Part shown: one piece after another, positions 60,822 through 64,000 of the stretch | How positions within the stretch are numbered: the stretch's first letter is position 1 | Layout of the letters: the number at the start of each line of letters is the position of its first letter | Source: Nitrosopumilaceae archaeon | Lineage (GTDB): Archaea > Thermoproteota > Nitrososphaeria > Nitrososphaerales > Nitrosopumilaceae | Reading direction: 5' to 3' | Length of the DNA stretch: 64,000 nt | NCBI GenBank assembly: GCA_965208905.1 | Contig: OZ242365.1 | Coordinates: forward strand, 864,001-928,000 | Notes under the pieces: model-generated | Database searches by the model: none | What the model was told of the DNA's origin: nothing | What the model saw: only the letters and a program-made list of their open reading frames with translations | Position numbers and translations under genes: made by a program

Positions 60822-62216
60822 TTACACGTCACGCCAGAGGACGACGGTGCATGACACATCTCGTTCCCCGGTCTGTGCTTGACGTTTCTCAGGGGAGCTA
60901 ACGCAAGAACCCTCCACGTCCAGACACCCCTTAACATGGGTGCTGCCGGTATTGTCCGGCAAGTTTCGTAAGTTTAGTTGACCATGTCTGGCCCTCGGGC
61001 CGAGTTTCTTCAGCCCCACATCCTCTATGTTTGAGCCCGCATTACAGTCGGCATGATACCTGTAGCCACACTTTTTACACAAGAACCGTCTACCATCCCG
61101 GTTATCTTTATGTGTATAACCGCACGAGTAGCACCGTTGGCTTGTATACGCTGCCGCAACCCAAATTATCTCTCCAGCCAACTTGTACGCCAATAGAGCG
61201 GCGAGCAGCCCCCAGCACTGCTCTAGGATGGCCTTATTGAGACCAGATTTTTGCGCAACGTTCTTGCCGGGTTTTTCTTTGGTACCTTTGACGGACTTTG
61301 CCATATTTTGTATGGGTAGATTCTCCATGGCTGCATGTGTGGTACTGTCCGATATAACGCGTGATATTTTATGCGCGGTGGTCTTTCGAATATTTGCGGC
61401 TTTGCGTTTGTTCTTGGCGGCACGTTTACTGGCTTTGGCCCACCGTCGGGAGCCGGGCTTGCGATTCGTATAATTGGGTTTATGCCTGCGCGAGGCTATC
61501 TTTTGCGCCTTAGAGGCTGTTTTTTCGGCGTTATTCATGCGACGTGTGACCTTTTCGGGTACCATTATTACACAGTCAGGTGTGGCCACATTACCGACAT
61601 TCCGGTCTATGCCAATAACGGTCTGCTCGGTCACGGTTGGCTTCTCGTCTGGTACATCACAAGATATGGTAATCCTCCACCCACCATCCGGTAGTTGAAA
61701 TAGTTGCGCGGTCTTGTATCGGTAATTCAGGACGGGAAACTCCCGAGACAGTTTAACCTCGCCCATCTTGGCTATCTTGATTGTACGTGTATCGGTGAAG
61801 CGCGCTTGGCCGACGGTGCCATCATGCGTTATTATAAACGGGATGGAGATTCGCTCACCGTGTCGTTTAAAGTGTGGTTCACCAAACTCCGCCTTAGGTT
61901 TGATGTCAGCAGCCTTCAGCCTCTCTGTTTCCACATATTGGTCATAATGCCTTCCCAAGTCATATAATATTTGGCGCGTCACCCCGGATATAGACTGACG
62001 CAGCCAACACGGACCCGAACGGTTGCGCAAGTCCGTATACCAGGCGTTTATCCTACCCTGTGTGGTGTTGACCCTTCCAGCTCGACGGTACTCCTCCTTG
62101 AAGGTTTCCAATAATTTGTTATACACGTACCTGTCCATGCCGGCCTGTCTGGCCAACATCTCCTTCTTGAACCCTTTACGGAATCTAACGCCGAATGTGT
62201 ATGTACGTAGTACCAT
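60822..62216 (-). CDS. tnpB: TnpB-family nuclease (lineage B)
   Basis: RYVYN, GIDRN, AMENL, YTSQRCYSC..CKKC, HADCNAGSNI. Confidence 0.93.
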   Translation of the reverse strand: MVLRTYTFGVRFRKGFKKEMLARQAGMDRYVYNKLLETFKEEYRRAGRVNTTQGRINAWYTDLRNRSGPCWLRQSISGVTRQILYDLGRHYDQYVETERLKAADIKPKAEFGEPHFKRHGERISIPFIITHDGTVGQARFTDTRTIKIAKMGEVKLSREFPVLNYRYKTAQLFQLPDGGWRITISCDVPDEKPTVTEQTVIGIDRNVGNVATPDCVIMVPEKVTRRMNNAEKTASKAQKIASRRHKPNYTNRKPGSRRWAKASKRAAKNKRKAANIRKTTAHKISRVISDSTTHAAMENLPIQNMAKSVKGTKEKPGKNVAQKSGLNKAILEQCWGLLAALLAYKLAGEIIWVAAAYTSQRCYSCGYTHKDNRDGRRFLCKKCGYRYHADCNAGSNIEDVGLKKLGPRARHGQLNLRNLPDNTGSTHVKGCLDVEGSCVSSPEKRQAQTGERDVSCTVVLWRDV

Positions 62217-62432
62217 TAGCGTATAGTACGGTCCACATGTTTAAAAAGATAGTTGAGGTGTGATATATGGCACCCGTCCTTGCGGGAGGAACCAGCGTTG
62301 AGGTTCCTCCCGCAAGGACGGGTGGTGGGGTAATTGTTTAGTCACTTTACGACTAGTGATTTTTGTACCAGATTGGGTCAAAATCGTCCCCGATTGCCGG
62401 CATCTTGAGAGTGGTGTTGAAAAGTTACGTAA

Positions 62433-63649
62433 TTGGTTAAGAAATCTTCTCCTATGATCTTAAATAATATGATAAATTGGAGTATGTATGGGACAGAAGA
62501 ACACCCGCAAGCCCCGGAATGGCAGGGCCTCGGGGAATGGTATAACGCGCCGCGGCTTCACATATACCAGAAGGGCGACCAGATCAAGACCCTGACCGGG
62601 AATCGTTGGGGCGTGGCCTCCCAGAGTGAGAATGTGTGGTATCGTGTATAGTTTGCGGACAAGAGCCCCACATGCGAGTGCGCTTACCACACCACCGGGA
62701 ATGGGTGCCGCGACATAGCACATGGCTGCGGTCGAGCACTATCTACTCGTATAGTCCGAGACCGCCCTCGGCAAGAATATCGAAATCAACGAGCATAAAC
62801 TGATGTGTCCAAAGTGCAAGGAAACAAAGTACCCCCGCGACGGATGGTATTGCGGCAAGCACAAAAAGAGGCAGAGGTACAAGTGTACCAAATGCGGGCG
62901 GCGGTTCGCAGGACAACCTGGGCTTTGAGTACCGACAGGTGCCGCGCCTGTACATCACGCTGGCCCTGATATTGTCGGGGATAGGGATGTCGGTGACCAA
63001 CACCCAAATGGCGCTCGGCCACCTGGGTGTAAAGGTGCACGTGGACACTACACCCAGGATACTGGAGCACTATTTTGAGGTGGTGCAAAGTACCCAGAGA
63101 CCATCAAGCCTCCGTGCGTGGGGGACAAGTGGGGCTGCGAGGGGAAGCACCAGAAGGTCCGCGGCAGGGAGTTATACGTCACGGTCATTATGTGTATCTC
63201 CACCCAATTCATACTGGCATTGAACACGACGCCCACCAAAAAGGGGTACGACACCGTCCCCCTACTGCAGAAGGCCCGAAATATGGCGGGGAAGGTTCTC
63301 AGGCTGTTCATTACAGACGGTACACACCAGTACCATGTGGCCTTCAAGAAGGTATTCCTCACGCTGAAGGGCCTCAGATGTATACACATACGCGACATCC
63401 ACATCCGGAACTTCATCTGCAACACCAACAAGCAGGAGCGGCTCAACGGAGAGCTGGCAGGCCACCATACGGTACGCCCGCGGCATAAACAGAGAAGAGT
63501 CGCCGATATTCCGCATGGCGATTATACGCCACAACTACATTAAACCCCACGGCGGCATAATGTACAGGACGCCGGCAGAGGCCGCTGGCATGGACATACG
63601 CGGCTCCAACATATGGCTGACGCTCATACAGAGTGCTGTAGCCGTCTGA
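62433..63649 (+). pseudogene. IS6/IS1-like DDE transposase with SWIM-like and Zn-ribbon domains, multiply frameshifted
   Basis: Fragments CECAYH..C, CPKC..RYKCTKCGRRF, FITDG..Y, NKQERLNG, HNYIKPH..TPAEAAG..W; first catalytic W..DE motif reads WGCEG. Confidence 0.8.
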
Positions 63650-63881
63650 GGAGCCCCAAACGCCCGACATCGTCGAACAGAATGGATTTTTACCCCCTCA
63701 CCCGTCCTGTTCCGGCAGGACTTTACAAAAAACCGGTCCGAAATGCATCCCGGCGGCCCCTGTATGCCCGGTTTGTACAGGATTGCGGCCCGGATCCAGA
63801 CCATTTAGAGCGACCGCCCGACTTTGCGGGAGGAACCTTAAACTCTAATGTAGCTCAACTAGAGTCTTCATAATGTGGACC

Positions 63882-64000
63882 ATGGATCAGGATGAGACAT
63901 ATTTTCGCATATTTGATTCAGAAAAACGTATCGCTGGATACTTTGATCCCCAATACGGTGAGCATGCCGATGATGATGAAATTGAATTAATGCTTAAAAA
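63882..64000 (+). CDS. Hypothetical protein, runs off window end
   Basis: MDQDETYFRIFDSEKRIAGYFDPQYG... open to edge. Confidence 0.5.
   Translation, partial: MDQDETYFRIFDSEKRIAGYFDPQYGEHADDDEIELMLK

Larger units (their letters stand above)
60780..63837. mobile_element. Composite transposon: [TIR-tnpB-TIR]-8 bp-[TIR-DDE transposase-TIR]
   Basis: Outer TSD TTAAACTC at 60772-60779 and 63838-63845; internal TIRs end at 62293 and start at 62302, separated by AGCGTTGA. Confidence 0.92.

Noticed and set aside
675-62216. Catalytically dead TnpB (TldR-like regulators)
   Set aside because: All lineages retain the three RuvC acidic residues and the Zn-finger cysteines.

Overview
Archaeal chromosome fragment, most consistent with a Nitrosopumilaceae/Cenarchaeum-like ammonia-oxidising archaeon (inferred from the gene set: lysW-lysX-lysK, dph5, CTP-dependent ribK, PINA, endA, rpo6, ABCE1, archaeal leuS/alaS, hemLC-cobA-hemD, rtcB, acidic-tailed uS11, stand-alone 5S rRNA). 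About 14.2 kb (~22%) of the window is eight insertions carrying tnpB-like RNA-guided nuclease genes from five distinct protein lineages. None looks like a canonical IS200/IS605 or IS607 element. All eight are bracketed by GG-ended terminal inverted repeats (three TIR families) and 8-9 bp target-site duplications, the signature of DDE transposition. One TIR family is shared with a degraded IS6/IS1-like DDE transposase element, which is fused to a tnpB element in a composite unit (60780-63837). In several lineages the 3' TIR itself folds into the putative omegaRNA: it forms a terminal hairpin, and an upstream loop is complementary to the last 5-6 nt of the TIR (pseudoknot-like). This suggests TnpB-omegaRNA modules co-adapted to DDE transposon ends. 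All calls are by-eye readings; no database searches or folding programs were run.
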